The notes below the pieces were generated by a model that saw only the letters and a list, made by a program, of their open reading frames with translations, had not been told where the DNA came from and searched no databases. Below, one piece after another: positions 31,377 to 42,407 of a stretch of DNA of 60,102 bases. The translations under genes and the position numbers were made by a program. The DNA comes from Chloroflexota bacterium (GTDB taxonomy: Bacteria > Chloroflexota > Limnocylindria > QHBO01), in contig JBDTQD010000004.1 of the NCBI GenBank assembly GCA_039932375.1, positions 1 to 60,102 on the forward strand, read 5' to 3'. How positions within the stretch are numbered: position 1 is the first letter of the stretch; each line of letters begins with the position of its first letter.

Positions 31377-33200
31377 GTGCTCGCCAGGACTGACAGCCGT
31401 GCCCGCGCCCTGTTCCTGTTGATCATCGCGACCATGATCGCCACCACCGTCGGCGGACGGTTGGTCTGGTGGCAGGTCGCCGACCGGCAGCGCCTGGCGA
31501 CCATGGCGCTGAGCCAGATGGCGCAGAACGAAGAGATCCCCGCCGCGCGCGGCGAGATCCGCGATGCGAATGGCGTGCTGCTGGCCATCTCGGTCGGGGT
31601 GCAGTCGGTCTATGCCATCCCGCCGACCGTCCACAATGGCGACCCCGAGGGCGCAGCGTCGCTCCTCGCCCCACTGTTGGGCATGGACGTCGTCGATCTG
31701 CGAGCCCGGCTGACGAGCAAGAACCCGTGGGTCTGGCTGAAACGCCGTATCGACCCCAAGGTCGCTCAACAGGTCACGGCGCTCCACATTCCGGGAATCG
31801 GCATGCTGCCTGAGACACGGCGTATGTACCCGGTCAGCGGGGTGGCTCCCGACACCACGCTCGGGGCGCAGCTGCTCGGCTTCGTGAACGTCGACGGCAA
31901 GGGACAGTACGGGATCGAGGGGGCGCAGAACGGCCTGCTGGCCGGCCTCCCTGGCTCGGTCAGCGCCCAGGCGGACGTGATCGGGCGCCGCATCGGCGAC
32001 TCGGTGTACGAGCTGCGGCCGCCCGTCGATGGAGCCGATCTGACGCTCACCCTGGACGCTGGATTGCAGCACATTCTCGAGACCGCCATGTTCGGCAACT
32101 ACGAGAAGAACCATGCCCAGGGAGTGACAGGGCTGGTGATGGACGCCCACACCGGGGCGATCATGGCGATGGCCTCCTTCCCGACCTTCGACGGGAACAC
32201 CTATGCCAAGGCCAAGCCCGAGCTGTTCACCGAACCGGCGGTGAGCCGCCAGTACGAGCCCGGCTCGGTGATGAAAGCCTTCACCATCGCCGCGGCGCTC
32301 GACGCCGGCGCGATCGACCTGCAGACCACCGTCCTGGACGATAACAACCTGCGCATCGCCGGCGTCCGAATCCAGAACGCTGACCGCTACACCAAGCCCT
32401 ATGGCAACGGCGCGATCACCGCCGGCGACGTGCTCAAGCTGTCCGACAACGTCGGCGCGGCCAAGATCGGCCTCCTGCTCGGGCGCCAGCGGCTGTACGA
32501 GGCCTTCAAGCGCTTCGGCTTCGGGACGCCAACCGGGGTCGACATCGCCGGCGAGGCGTCGGGCGTGGTCTGGAACCCGGATGGGCCGAACGCCACCGGC
32601 GACCTGACCGCAGCGCAGAATGCGTTCGGGCAGGGGCTCAGCGTGACGGCCGTGCAGCTGGTGGCCGGCTATGCGGCGATCGCCAACGGCGGGACGCTCG
32701 TGACGCCGCACGTCATCGCGGGCTGGACCGGCCCCGATGGGGTCTATCACGCCACCGACGTGAAGCCCGGCGAGCGGATCATGCGTGAAGAGACCGCCAA
32801 TACCATGGTTCACCTGCTGACCGATGCTGTCGACCTCGGCCGGGCACAGCCGGCCAGGATTCCCGGCTACTCGATCGCAGGAAAGACCGGGACGGCAGAG
32901 ATTGCAGGCCCGCAGACCGAGCAGGTGCAGGTCGGGACCGATCCAGCCGGAAAGCCGATCTACGCGCTCCGGACCCACCTCGTCTATCAGCACGGCTGGA
33001 TCGACTCCTCGTTCATCTCGATCATGCCGGCGGACCACCCGCAGTACGTGACCCTGATCCTCATTCATCGACCGGCGACCTGGGGGCTGTACAAGATGGC
33101 GCAGACGCCGGTCAGCCTGTTCAGGAGCCTGGCGCCGCAGGTCTTCGACTACCTGGCCGTCGCGCCGGACCGAATCGTGGAGCCGGTGGCTGCCAGGTGA
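31377..33200 (+). CDS. ftsI: Class B penicillin-binding protein
   Basis: RGEIRD; YEPGSVMK (SxxK), SDN, GKTGT. Confidence 0.92.
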   Translation: MLARTDSRARALFLLIIATMIATTVGGRLVWWQVADRQRLATMALSQMAQNEEIPAARGEIRDANGVLLAISVGVQSVYAIPPTVHNGDPEGAASLLAPLLGMDVVDLRARLTSKNPWVWLKRRIDPKVAQQVTALHIPGIGMLPETRRMYPVSGVAPDTTLGAQLLGFVNVDGKGQYGIEGAQNGLLAGLPGSVSAQADVIGRRIGDSVYELRPPVDGADLTLTLDAGLQHILETAMFGNYEKNHAQGVTGLVMDAHTGAIMAMASFPTFDGNTYAKAKPELFTEPAVSRQYEPGSVMKAFTIAAALDAGAIDLQTTVLDDNNLRIAGVRIQNADRYTKPYGNGAITAGDVLKLSDNVGAAKIGLLLGRQRLYEAFKRFGFGTPTGVDIAGEASGVVWNPDGPNATGDLTAAQNAFGQGLSVTAVQLVAGYAAIANGGTLVTPHVIAGWTGPDGVYHATDVKPGERIMREETANTMVHLLTDAVDLGRAQPARIPGYSIAGKTGTAEIAGPQTEQVQVGTDPAGKPIYALRTHLVYQHGWIDSSFISIMPADHPQYVTLILIHRPATWGLYKMAQTPVSLFRSLAPQVFDYLAVAPDRIVEPVAAR

Positions 33201-34645
33201 GGCTGCTAGACTCGGCCGAAGCCTCTGCGGGGAGCAGCGTGCCACCGTCGATCCGCCTCGAAGACCTCCTGGCCGCCACCCACGGCCGCCTCCTCGGGAC
33301 GACGAAGGTCACCTCCTTCAGCTCCGCCGCGATCGACTCGCGCCGTATCGTCCCGGGCTGCTGCTTCGTCGCCCTGCAGGGGGAGCGCGAGGACGGCCAT
33401 CGGTTCGTCGCGGATGCCGTGCGGGCTGGTGCCAGCGTCGTCCTGGTGGCGCGGCCGGTCGAGCTCCCGCCCGGGCATGAGTCAGCGGTCGTCCAGGTCG
33501 CGGATCCGCTGACGGCCCTTCAGGAGATGGCGGCCTGGTGGCGCGCCCGATCGAGGGTACGGGTCGTGGGGATCACCGGCTCGACGGGCAAGACGATCGC
33601 CAAGGAGATCGTGGCGGACGTGCTGGGGCGGAGCATGCACGTGCTCCGCAACGAGGGGAACCTGAACAGCGAGACCGGACTGCCCATGACGCTCCTTAAC
33701 CTCGAGCCGTCGCACGAGGCCGCCGTTCTCGAGATGAGCATGTACACCGAAGGCGAAATCGCCCGCCTGGCGGAGATCGCGAGGCCGGAGGTTGGCGTGG
33801 TGCTCGCCGTGCACCCGACCCACCTGGAGCGCGCAGGCAGCCTGGACGCAATCGCCCGGGCCAAGGGGGAGCTGCCAGCCGCATTGCCCGCCGACGGGCT
33901 CGCGGTCCTCAACGCCGATGACCCGCGGGTGGCGGCCATGCGCGCCGCCACGGCGGCGCAGGTGCGGACCTTCGGGCTCGGCCCGACCGCCGACGTGCGA
34001 GCCACCGACGTCGAGTCGCACGGCGCGGCAGGCACCTCCTTCACGTTGCGTGCTCCCTGGGCGCAGCGCCGTCTCCAATCCGGAACCCCGGGGCGGCACC
34101 TGGTTCCGCACGCCCTCGCCGCCGTTGCCGTGGCCGAGCACTTCAACGTGCCGCTCGACGAGGTCGTGGCGGCGCTGGCGCAGGGGAGTCGCGCCCCGCA
34201 TCGGATGGCGGTGGTCGACTCGACGGGCGGGGCGGTGGTGATCGACGACACCTATAACGCATCGCCAGTCTCGGTCGCAGCGGCCCTGGATTTCCTTGCG
34301 GAGAGTCCCGTGCCGGCCGGCCGGAGCCGCTACGCGGTGCTCGGCGACATGCTCGAGCTCGGTCCAGACGAGGAGCGCCTCCATCGGGAGATCGGGACCA
34401 GGGCGGCAGGCATCGCTGATGCGCTGGTGACGGTCGGCGAGCGCGGACGCTGGATCGCCGACGCGGCGAAAGCTGCGGGGCTGGTCCGGGTGACCGAAGT
34501 TCGGGATGCCGACGAGGCCCTGTCGGCGGTGGAGCGCGACATGGCACCCGGCGTCGGCGACCTGCTGCTGGTCAAGGGGTCGCGGGGCATCGAGCTCGAG
34601 CGGCTGGTCGCTGCGCTCACGGGCGCGCACGAGGCGCACGGATAG
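33197..34645 (+). CDS. murF: UDP-MurNAc-tripeptide--D-Ala-D-Ala ligase
   Basis: DSR, DGH.F, GITGSTGKT, IDDTYNASP, LGDMLELG, VKGSRG. Confidence 0.93.
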   Translation: MRLLDSAEASAGSSVPPSIRLEDLLAATHGRLLGTTKVTSFSSAAIDSRRIVPGCCFVALQGEREDGHRFVADAVRAGASVVLVARPVELPPGHESAVVQVADPLTALQEMAAWWRARSRVRVVGITGSTGKTIAKEIVADVLGRSMHVLRNEGNLNSETGLPMTLLNLEPSHEAAVLEMSMYTEGEIARLAEIARPEVGVVLAVHPTHLERAGSLDAIARAKGELPAALPADGLAVLNADDPRVAAMRAATAAQVRTFGLGPTADVRATDVESHGAAGTSFTLRAPWAQRRLQSGTPGRHLVPHALAAVAVAEHFNVPLDEVVAALAQGSRAPHRMAVVDSTGGAVVIDDTYNASPVSVAAALDFLAESPVPAGRSRYAVLGDMLELGPDEERLHREIGTRAAGIADALVTVGERGRWIADAAKAAGLVRVTEVRDADEALSAVERDMAPGVGDLLLVKGSRGIELERLVAALTGAHEAHG

Positions 34646-34647
34646 CC

Positions 34648-35649
34648 ATGCTGCCGATCGTCGTTGCGCTGCTCGCCGCCTTCGGCGGGGTCGTGCTCCT
34701 GGGCCCGGTCTACATCGGCCTCCTGCAGCGACTGGGCTTCGGCCAGCAGATCCGCTCCGACGGCCCAGAGGGGCACATGGGGAAGGCGGGGACGCCGACC
34801 ATGGGCGGGATGCTGGTGGTGGTGGTGGTGATGTTCCTTGCGATGGCGATGCGCATTGAGGACGTCTACACCCTGACCCCGATGCTGGCCCTCGTCGGCG
34901 TCTCGATCCTGGGCGCCATCGACGACTTCGTAAACGTACATACCGGGATCGGGGTGCGCGGTCGCTTCAAGCTCGTGTGGCAGACCGTGGTGGCGCTCCT
35001 GGCCGCCATCTACATCCAGCGTCACTTCGCGCTCCCCGAGGTGAACATCTCGTTCATCACGGTGCCGATCCCGTTCGCCGGCGACATCGTCATCGGCGGC
35101 CTCCTCTTCGTCCTGTTCGTGGCCTTCGTCATCGTGGGGACGAGCAATGCCGTCAACCTGACCGACGGGCTCGACGGCCTGGCCGGCGGAGTCCTCATCT
35201 TCAGCTTCGTGGCCTACCTGCTGATCGCCCTGGTGGCAGTCCACGGCGGCAAGCCGTCGCAGCCGAACCTGGCTATCTTCTGCGCCCTGATCATCGGCGC
35301 GCTGATGGGCTTCCTGTGGTTCAACGTGCACCCCGCACAGCTCTTCCTGGGGGACGCCGGCGCGCTGTCGATGGGCGCCACCCTGGCGGTGGTCGCAACC
35401 ATCACCGCTCAGCTGCCGCTGCTTGCGGTGATCGGTGCCGTCTTCTTCGCGGTCATCATGAGCGTCGTGCTCCAGGTCGCCTCGTTTCGGCTCCGCGGGC
35501 GGCGCATCTTTCGCATGGCCCCGCTGCAGCACCACTTCGAGCTGATCGGGTGGGCGGAGGAGAAGATCACGATGCGCTTCTGGATCGTCGGGGCGCTCGC
35601 CGGCGTGCTTGGCTTCAGCCTCTACCTCGCCACCGTGAACGGGCTCTAG
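34648..35649 (+). CDS. mraY: Phospho-MurNAc-pentapeptide transferase
   Basis: KAGTPTMGG, SNAVNLTDGLDGLA, FLGD.G, MAPLQHHFEL. Confidence 0.95.
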   Translation: MLPIVVALLAAFGGVVLLGPVYIGLLQRLGFGQQIRSDGPEGHMGKAGTPTMGGMLVVVVVMFLAMAMRIEDVYTLTPMLALVGVSILGAIDDFVNVHTGIGVRGRFKLVWQTVVALLAAIYIQRHFALPEVNISFITVPIPFAGDIVIGGLLFVLFVAFVIVGTSNAVNLTDGLDGLAGGVLIFSFVAYLLIALVAVHGGKPSQPNLAIFCALIIGALMGFLWFNVHPAQLFLGDAGALSMGATLAVVATITAQLPLLAVIGAVFFAVIMSVVLQVASFRLRGRRIFRMAPLQHHFELIGWAEEKITMRFWIVGALAGVLGFSLYLATVNGL

Positions 35650-35657
35650 CGAGACCG

Positions 35658-37085
35658 ATGACCACCATGACCGCCCCGATTGCCACGCTCGACGACCTCC
35701 GCGGGCGCCGCGCCCTGGTCCTCGGCCTGGCTCGCTCGGGGACCGCGGTGGCGCGCCTGCTGGCCGACGCCGGAGCGATCGTGACGGCCTACGATCGGCG
35801 ACCGCCCGAGCAGTTGACCGACGCGGTCCAGACGCTCGGCAAGCGCCCGGTGCGGCTGGCGCTGGGTGTGCCACCGGAGGAGGCGCGCGCCCTGGTCGGC
35901 GCGGCAGACCTCCTGGTCACGAGCCCGAGCATCTCGCCGACGATGCCGACCACCGATGCCTGGCTTCGCGCCGCCATCAACGAGGCCCTCGAGCGCGGCG
36001 TTGAGCTGGTCAGCGAGGTCGAACTCTTCCTGCGGCTCACCCAGGCGCGCGTGCTGGCGGTCACCGGCACCAAGGGAAAGACCACCACGACCGCCTTGAT
36101 CGGCGCGATCCTGGAGGATGCCGGCATGTCGCACCTCCTCGGCGGCAACATCGGGCGGCCGCTGATCGAGGAGGTCGAGCGCCTCGGCCCCGGCGACTGG
36201 GCCGTCCTGGAGCTCTCCGAGCTGCAGCTGCCGACCATCTCGCGCGGCGCGGAGATCGCCGTCTACACCAACATCGGCGCCGACCATCTCGATCGCCACG
36301 GCACGCTGGAGGCGTATCAGGCGGTCAAGGCGCGGCTCGCCGAGCTGAGCGTGCTACATGGCCGCGTCGTCCTGAACGCGGACGATCCGGGCTGCCGCGA
36401 GCTGGGGGCCCGCCTGCCCGCGGCATCGATCGCCTGGTATGGGCTCGAGGCGGATGAACCCTGGCTTGCGGCACGCCTGGCCGACGGCTGGCTCACCGTC
36501 CGCGGCGAGCGTGTGCTGGCCGCCGCGGAGATGCCAATCCCTGGCCGCCATTCGTTGGCCGATGCCCTGGCCGCCGCGCTGGCAACGTCGCTGGCCGGCG
36601 CCTCGAACGAGGCGATCGCGAGCGGGATCCGTGACTTCGGCGGCGTCCCGCATCGGCTCGAGCGGGTGGCGACGCGCAATGGGGTGGCGTGGGTCAACGA
36701 CTCGCAGGCGACCATCCCGATCGCCGCCATCGGGGCGCTGGATGCCTTTGCGCCGGCGCCGGTGGTGCTGATCGCCGGCGGCAAGGACAAGGGGCTCGAC
36801 TACGACGCGCTGGCGAACGCGATCGCGCGGCGCTGCCGCGCGGCGATCCTGATCGGTGAGACGGCCGGCGAGCTGGAGCGACTGATCGCTCGCCGCGTGC
36901 CGGTAGTCAGGGCAGGCACCATGCCCGAGGCGGTCGCCGCGTCCGCCGCCTGGGCACAGTCGGGGGACGTGGTGGTGCTGGCTCCGGCGGCGGCCTCGTT
37001 CGACATGTTCGACGACTACGCGGCCCGCGGCGATGCCTTCCGGCAGGCGGTCCGTGCGCTGGATGCCCCGGAGCCGCAACGATGA
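35658..37085 (+). CDS. murD: UDP-MurNAc-L-Ala--D-Glu ligase
   Basis: GLARSG, VTGTKGKTTT, DHLDRH, HRLE, NDS, APAAASFDMF. Confidence 0.93.
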   Translation: MTTMTAPIATLDDLRGRRALVLGLARSGTAVARLLADAGAIVTAYDRRPPEQLTDAVQTLGKRPVRLALGVPPEEARALVGAADLLVTSPSISPTMPTTDAWLRAAINEALERGVELVSEVELFLRLTQARVLAVTGTKGKTTTTALIGAILEDAGMSHLLGGNIGRPLIEEVERLGPGDWAVLELSELQLPTISRGAEIAVYTNIGADHLDRHGTLEAYQAVKARLAELSVLHGRVVLNADDPGCRELGARLPAASIAWYGLEADEPWLAARLADGWLTVRGERVLAAAEMPIPGRHSLADALAAALATSLAGASNEAIASGIRDFGGVPHRLERVATRNGVAWVNDSQATIPIAAIGALDAFAPAPVVLIAGGKDKGLDYDALANAIARRCRAAILIGETAGELERLIARRVPVVRAGTMPEAVAASAAWAQSGDVVVLAPAAASFDMFDDYAARGDAFRQAVRALDAPEPQR

Positions 37086-38350
37086 CCGCCGTCGTCGCCA
37101 TCGCGGCGCGCCGCACGGCCCGCACCACGCGCACTGGCGTGCGGAGAGAGCGTCACCAGGTTGCCTATCCGCTGCTGGTCGCCGTCATCGCGCTGGTCGC
37201 CATCGGCGTGGTGATGGTCTACTCGGCCTCGAGCGTGCGCGCCTACATCTCGACCACCGATCCGGCCAGCCAGGGTTTCCAGCAGGGGATCTGGGCGTGC
37301 CTGGGGCTGGCGGCCATGCTCGTCGCCAGCCGCATCGATTTCCGTCTCCTGCGCTACGTGGCGATCCCGGTCTTCGTGCTGACCCTGGCCCTGCTGGCGG
37401 TGGTCCTGATCCCCGGCATTGGCACGGCGGCCTTCGGGTCGCGGCGCTGGCTCTTCGTTCCGGGGATCGGCGGCTTCCAGCCGGCCGAGCTGGCCAAGCT
37501 GGCGATCTGCCTCTACCTGGCGCATTGGCTCGACCGGCGTGGGACCGATGCGCGTGGGCTGATGAACGGGCTGGTCCCGTTCGTACTCCTGGTCGCGCCC
37601 GGCTTCCTGCTGATCGCCCTGGAGCCCGACCTCGGGACGGCAGGCGTCTACATGGCCGCCGCGCTGGCGATCTTCTTCATGGCCGGCGCGAACCTCCTTT
37701 ATCTGGGCGTCACCGGCTCGGCGGTGGTCGGGGCGGCCTATCTGATGGTGACCAGCAACGCGTACCAGCTGCGGCGGGTGGCAGGGTTCCTGGACCCGTT
37801 CCGCGACCCGCTGCACACCGGCTACAACGTGGTCCAGGCGGTGATGGCGCTCGCCCTGGGCGGGATCACAGGCGCCGGCCTGGGCGCGAGCCGGCAGAAG
37901 TTCTTCTACCTGCCTTCCCCGTCGACGGACTTCATCTTTGCCATCATTGGCGAGGAGTGGGGCCTGATCGGCACCCTCACGGTGCTGGCCCTGTTCGTGG
38001 TGGTCGCCTACCAGGGCTATCGGATCGCGATCAACGCGCCGGATACGTTCTCGGGCCTGCTGGCCGCGGGGATCACCACCTGGCTGGTCGTCCAGGCCTG
38101 CATCAACATGATGGTCGTCACCGCCCTCCTGCCGGTTACCGGCATCCCGCTCCCGTTCATCAGCTACGGCGGTTCGGCCCTCATCATCAACCTCGCTGCG
38201 GTCGGCATCCTGCTGTCGATCTCGCGCGAGACCACGCAGACAGGATCATTGCTTGATGCGGTGTTCGGTGTCGGGCGGCGGAACAGGCGGGCACATCTAC
38301 CCCGCGCTGGCCGTCGCACGGGCGCTGCGCGACGCGCAGCCCGGGCTTGA
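37082..38350 (+). CDS. ftsW: SEDS peptidoglycan glycosyltransferase
   Basis: VYSAS, FQPAELAK, EPDLGT, TDFIFAIIGEE, TGIPLPFISYGGS. Confidence 0.93.
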   Translation: MTAVVAIAARRTARTTRTGVRRERHQVAYPLLVAVIALVAIGVVMVYSASSVRAYISTTDPASQGFQQGIWACLGLAAMLVASRIDFRLLRYVAIPVFVLTLALLAVVLIPGIGTAAFGSRRWLFVPGIGGFQPAELAKLAICLYLAHWLDRRGTDARGLMNGLVPFVLLVAPGFLLIALEPDLGTAGVYMAAALAIFFMAGANLLYLGVTGSAVVGAAYLMVTSNAYQLRRVAGFLDPFRDPLHTGYNVVQAVMALALGGITGAGLGASRQKFFYLPSPSTDFIFAIIGEEWGLIGTLTVLALFVVVAYQGYRIAINAPDTFSGLLAAGITTWLVVQACINMMVVTALLPVTGIPLPFISYGGSALIINLAAVGILLSISRETTQTGSLLDAVFGVGRRNRRAHLPRAGRRTGAARRAARA

Positions 38351-39380
38351 GGTCAGCTATATCGGCGGCGCCCGTGGTCTCGAGCGCAGCCTGGTGGCTG
38401 GCGGCGAGCTGCCCTACCACCAGCTGGTGGTCCGCTCGCTGCGCAGCAGCGGCGCCGACCGCCACCTCGTGCTCGACCCGCTCCGGCTGGCGGCATCCGC
38501 CCCGCAGGCGTGGTACCTGCTCGGCCGGCTCCGGCCGGCTGCCCTCTTCACCACCGGCGGCTACCTCGCCCTGCCGCTCGTCGCGGCGGCGCGGGCCCGC
38601 GGCATCCCGAGCCTGCTCTGGGAGGGGAACGTGATCCCGGGCAGGGCGACCGCCGCGGTGGCGCGCCTTGCCACACGCGTGGCCGTCTCCTTCCCGCCGA
38701 CACTGGCCGCCTTCCACGGCCGAAGCTTCATGTCGGGCACGCCGATCCGCTCCTTCGAGCACGTCGATCGGACGGCGGCGCGCGGATCCTTCGGCGTGGC
38801 CGCGGACGATCGCCTGCTCCTCGTCTTTGGTGGCTCGCAGGCGGTCGCCCGCCTCACCGCCGCCCTCGACGCGGCGCTGGAGCGGCTGCTGGTCGACTGG
38901 CGCGTGCTGCACTTGACCGGCAGCGCGGGCATCTCCGCCGCCGAGGCGATTCGGGACAGCCTGCCGGCAACGCTGCGGGGCCGCTACGAACCGATCGCCT
39001 TCCTGACCGATCGGATGGCCGACGCCCTGGTGGCCAGCGACCTGGTGCTCGGCCGCGCCGGCTCATCGACCTGCGCCGAGGTGGCGGCCGCGGGCGTCGC
39101 CTCGATCCTGGTCCCGTACCCCCATGCGGCCGGCCACCAGCAGGCCAACGCGGCCTGGCTCGCCGATCAGGGAGCCGCCGTGCTGGTTCGCGATCAGGAG
39201 CTCGACGGGGAGCGGCTCCTCGCCGAGGCGACAGCGCTCCGCGACGATGGGCGGCGTGGCGGGATCGCCGCGGTCGCCCGCAGCCTCGCCCGCCCGGACG
39301 CGGCACGGCTGCTCGCCGACGTGCTGCTGGCGATGGCCGAGCGGCGTCCGCTGCCGTCGCTCGCCGGGACGGCGGGTTGA
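38256..39380 (+). CDS. murG: MurG glycosyltransferase
   Basis: [29 protein letters not shown]. Confidence 0.93.
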   Translation: MRCSVSGGGTGGHIYPALAVARALRDAQPGLEVSYIGGARGLERSLVAGGELPYHQLVVRSLRSSGADRHLVLDPLRLAASAPQAWYLLGRLRPAALFTTGGYLALPLVAAARARGIPSLLWEGNVIPGRATAAVARLATRVAVSFPPTLAAFHGRSFMSGTPIRSFEHVDRTAARGSFGVAADDRLLLVFGGSQAVARLTAALDAALERLLVDWRVLHLTGSAGISAAEAIRDSLPATLRGRYEPIAFLTDRMADALVASDLVLGRAGSSTCAEVAAAGVASILVPYPHAAGHQQANAAWLADQGAAVLVRDQELDGERLLAEATALRDDGRRGGIAAVARSLARPDAARLLADVLLAMAERRPLPSLAGTAG

Positions 39381-40336
39381 GCGCGGTGGCGACGCCCGTC
39401 AACGGGGCGCATCTCGATCGACTCGACGTTCTCGCTGCCGAGCGGGGGATCGACCTGGCGATCGACGCCCCGATGGCTCCCTTCACCACGTTGCGTGTCG
39501 GCGGCCCGGCCGACCGCCTGGTCGCGCCACAGACCCGAGACGATCTCCTGGCTGCGCTCCGCCTGGCGCGTGATGCGGCCTCTCCGTACCTCGTGATCGG
39601 CAACGGCAGCGACCTGGTCGTCGCGGACGCCGGGATCCGCGGCCTGGTGATTCGCAACCGGGCCAGAACGGTGACCGTTGATGGCGTGCAGCTGACCGCG
39701 GATGCTGGCGCGCCGATAGCCCTCCTGGTGCGGCGCTGCACGGCGGCGGGGCTCGCCGGCCTCGAGTTCGGGACCAGCATCCCCGGCACGCTGGGCGGCG
39801 CGGTCTGGGCCAACGCCGGCGCCCATGGCGGCGACATGGGCGACGTCATTCGAAGCGTCGAGGCATGGGATCCGGACGAAGGCGCCGTCCAGAGCCTGGA
39901 CGGCGATGCCTGCGCCTTTGCCTATCGGGAATCGCGATTCAAGCACGGCCGTGAAGTGGTCGTGTCGGCGTCGCTCGAGCTGCGTGGTGACCTCCCCGCG
40001 ACGATCGCGGCACGGGTCGCTGTCAACCAGGCGGAGCGTATCGCCAGCCAGCCGCTCGCCGACCAGAACGCCGGGAGCGTCTTTCGCAACCCACCCGACG
40101 ACCACGCCGGGCGGCTGATCGATGCCGCCGGCCTGAAGGGGATGCGGGTCGGCAGCGCGGCTGTCAGCGATCTGCATGCCAACTTCATCGTGACCGATCG
40201 CGGCGCCAGCGCCGCCGACGTGCGTTCACTTGGTGACCGCGTGCGCGCCGTGGTCCTGAAGCGCTTCGGCGTCGAGCTGGCGTACGAGATCGAGTTCGTC
40301 GGTGACTGGCCTGGCGCGAACGGGGCCGGCACATGA
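39377..40336 (+). CDS. murB: UDP-N-acetylenolpyruvoylglucosamine reductase
   Basis: [34 protein letters not shown]. Confidence 0.93.
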   Translation: MSAVATPVNGAHLDRLDVLAAERGIDLAIDAPMAPFTTLRVGGPADRLVAPQTRDDLLAALRLARDAASPYLVIGNGSDLVVADAGIRGLVIRNRARTVTVDGVQLTADAGAPIALLVRRCTAAGLAGLEFGTSIPGTLGGAVWANAGAHGGDMGDVIRSVEAWDPDEGAVQSLDGDACAFAYRESRFKHGREVVVSASLELRGDLPATIAARVAVNQAERIASQPLADQNAGSVFRNPPDDHAGRLIDAAGLKGMRVGSAAVSDLHANFIVTDRGASAADVRSLGDRVRAVVLKRFGVELAYEIEFVGDWPGANGAGT

Positions 40337-41484
40337 CTGGGCGACTCCGGGTCGGCATCTTCGCCGGCGGCCGGTCGGCCGAGCACGAGGTGAGCGTCAG
40401 CTCTGCCGACGCTGTGCTGCGCGCCATCGACCGCGAACGGTTCGAGCCGTACCTCGTCTACATCGACCGCGAGGGGCGCTGGCACCTGCCGGCAGTTCCT
40501 GCGCCGCTCCTCGGCGACCGCCCCCTGGCCCAGCTGCTCGGAGCGGCGACCCCGGCGGAGCAGACGACCGTCCTGCAGGCGCATGCCGAGCTGCCGGTCC
40601 CGACAGCCAACGATCGGACCGAGCTCGCGCCGCGTGCGATCCTGCGCTCGTTGGCCGAGGCGATCGACGTTGCCTTCCTGGTCCTGCATGGGCCGTTCGG
40701 CGAGGACGGCACCCTGCAGGGATTTCTGGAGATGGCTGGCGTGCCCTACATCGGGGCCGGGGTACTGGCCAGCTCGGTGGCGATGGACAAGGTCGTCTTC
40801 AAGGACCTGATGCGCGGCCACGGCCTGCCCGTGGTGGAGTACGTCCCCTTCCAGCGCGCCGCATGGCGCGTGGCGCCTGAGCGCGTGCTGCGCGACGTGG
40901 CCGAGCGCATTGGCGAGCGCTCGGTGGTCAAGCCTGCCCGGCTCGGCAGCAGCGTCGGCATGACCCTGGTCCATCGTCCCGGCGAGCTGGCGGACGCACT
41001 GGACGAAGCCTTCCGCTACGACAGCAAGGTGATCGTCGAGGCCTACGTGGCCGATGCGCGGGAGCTCGAGTGCGGGGTCCTCGGCAACGACGATCCGATC
41101 GTCTTCGAGCCGGGCGAGGTGGTGAGCCACCACGAGTGGTATGACTACGAGGCCAAGTACGTGCCCGGCCTGGCTGATGTCCTGCCGCGCGCGCGGATCG
41201 ATCCCGAGCTGGCGGATCGTGTCAAGGCTTTGGCCCTCGAAGCCTACCGGGCGGTCGACTGTGCCGGCCTGGCGCGGGTCGACTTCCTGGTCCCCCCCGG
41301 GGCGGTCTACCTCTCCGAGATGAACACCCTGCCGGGCTTCACCGCCACAAGCATGTACCCGAAGCAGGCCGAGCTCGCCGGGGTCACCTTCCCCGACCTG
41401 ATCGCGCGGCTGATCGAGCTCGGGCTCGAGTCGGACCGCGAGGGGCGCACACCGGGCGACCGCGCCGTCGACGCGGACCGATGA
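40333..41484 (+). CDS. ddl: D-Ala--D-Ala ligase
   Basis: GGRSAEHEVS, LHGPFGEDG, GSSVG, YDYEAKY, EMNTLPG. Confidence 0.95.
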   Translation: MTGRLRVGIFAGGRSAEHEVSVSSADAVLRAIDRERFEPYLVYIDREGRWHLPAVPAPLLGDRPLAQLLGAATPAEQTTVLQAHAELPVPTANDRTELAPRAILRSLAEAIDVAFLVLHGPFGEDGTLQGFLEMAGVPYIGAGVLASSVAMDKVVFKDLMRGHGLPVVEYVPFQRAAWRVAPERVLRDVAERIGERSVVKPARLGSSVGMTLVHRPGELADALDEAFRYDSKVIVEAYVADARELECGVLGNDDPIVFEPGEVVSHHEWYDYEAKYVPGLADVLPRARIDPELADRVKALALEAYRAVDCAGLARVDFLVPPGAVYLSEMNTLPGFTATSMYPKQAELAGVTFPDLIARLIELGLESDREGRTPGDRAVDADR

Positions 41485-42353
41485 CCCGCCGCGGCGCCAG
41501 GCAGGGGCGCGTCGCCAAGCCACGGCGAGCCGCGGCGCACGCGCGGCGGCCGGGGCCGAACCTCCGCCACCGGATGCGACGGACCCTGCCGGCGCCGGGC
41601 CGAATCGCCGCCGGCCTGCTGGCCGGCGCCTTGATCGCCGCGGTGTTGGCGCTCAACAACGGCCCGTGGCTACGGGTCGGGCGGATCGCCTGGGCGGGGG
41701 AGCGCTACACGACGGCGAGCCAGCTGCGGAGCGTCCTCGCCGCCCTCGACGGGACCGCGCTGCTCACGGTCGACGCGAGCGGCGTGGCGGCCAGGCTCGC
41801 GCGCCTGCCGGCCGTGGCGGAGGCCCGCGTCGAGGCAATGGTGCCGGATTCGGTCAAGGTCACCATCGTCGAGCGGCCGGCCGCCTTCGTGTGGCAGACC
41901 AGTGCAGTCCGCCTGCTTGGTGCCGCCGATGGCACACTGATCGGCCAGCTCGCGCTGCAGGCCGACCTTCCCAGAGACCTGGCCGCCCTGCCGTTGGTTG
42001 ACGATCGCCGGGTCGAGAGCCACCAGATGATCGTCGGGGACCGGATCGACCCCGCCACGTTGGCCGCGGCCGTGCGCCTGGTGGCGGTCGACCCGGCCGC
42101 GCTCGGCTCGACCGCGATCCACCTTGCGCTGCGCGTCACCCATGACGATGGGTTCGTGCTGGTGTCGGGCCAGCCGGCCTGGCTGGCCGACTTCGGCTTC
42201 TACCCACTCCTCGACGAGCAGGACTTGACGGCCCTCGACCAGCGCATCGACGCGCAGGTCGCGGCCGTGCGCACCCTCTTCTCCGTTCAGCCCGAGGGGA
42301 AGGTCAGCTGGGTGGATGTACGCGATCCGGGGAGGGTATATTGGCGGCCGTAG
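41481..42353 (+). CDS. ftsQ: Cell division protein FtsQ/DivIB
   Basis: One TM, POTRA-like LPAVAEARVE...P..V.V.IVER, C-terminal VDVR; position after ddl. Confidence 0.8.
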   Translation: MTRRGARQGRVAKPRRAAAHARRPGPNLRHRMRRTLPAPGRIAAGLLAGALIAAVLALNNGPWLRVGRIAWAGERYTTASQLRSVLAALDGTALLTVDASGVAARLARLPAVAEARVEAMVPDSVKVTIVERPAAFVWQTSAVRLLGAADGTLIGQLALQADLPRDLAALPLVDDRRVESHQMIVGDRIDPATLAAAVRLVAVDPAALGSTAIHLALRVTHDDGFVLVSGQPAWLADFGFYPLLDEQDLTALDQRIDAQVAAVRTLFSVQPEGKVSWVDVRDPGRVYWRP

Positions 42354-42407
42354 GAACCGCGGCTCGGTCGAGACCGACCGGCGCGGCAGGCAGGGGATGC
42401 GTCTCTG

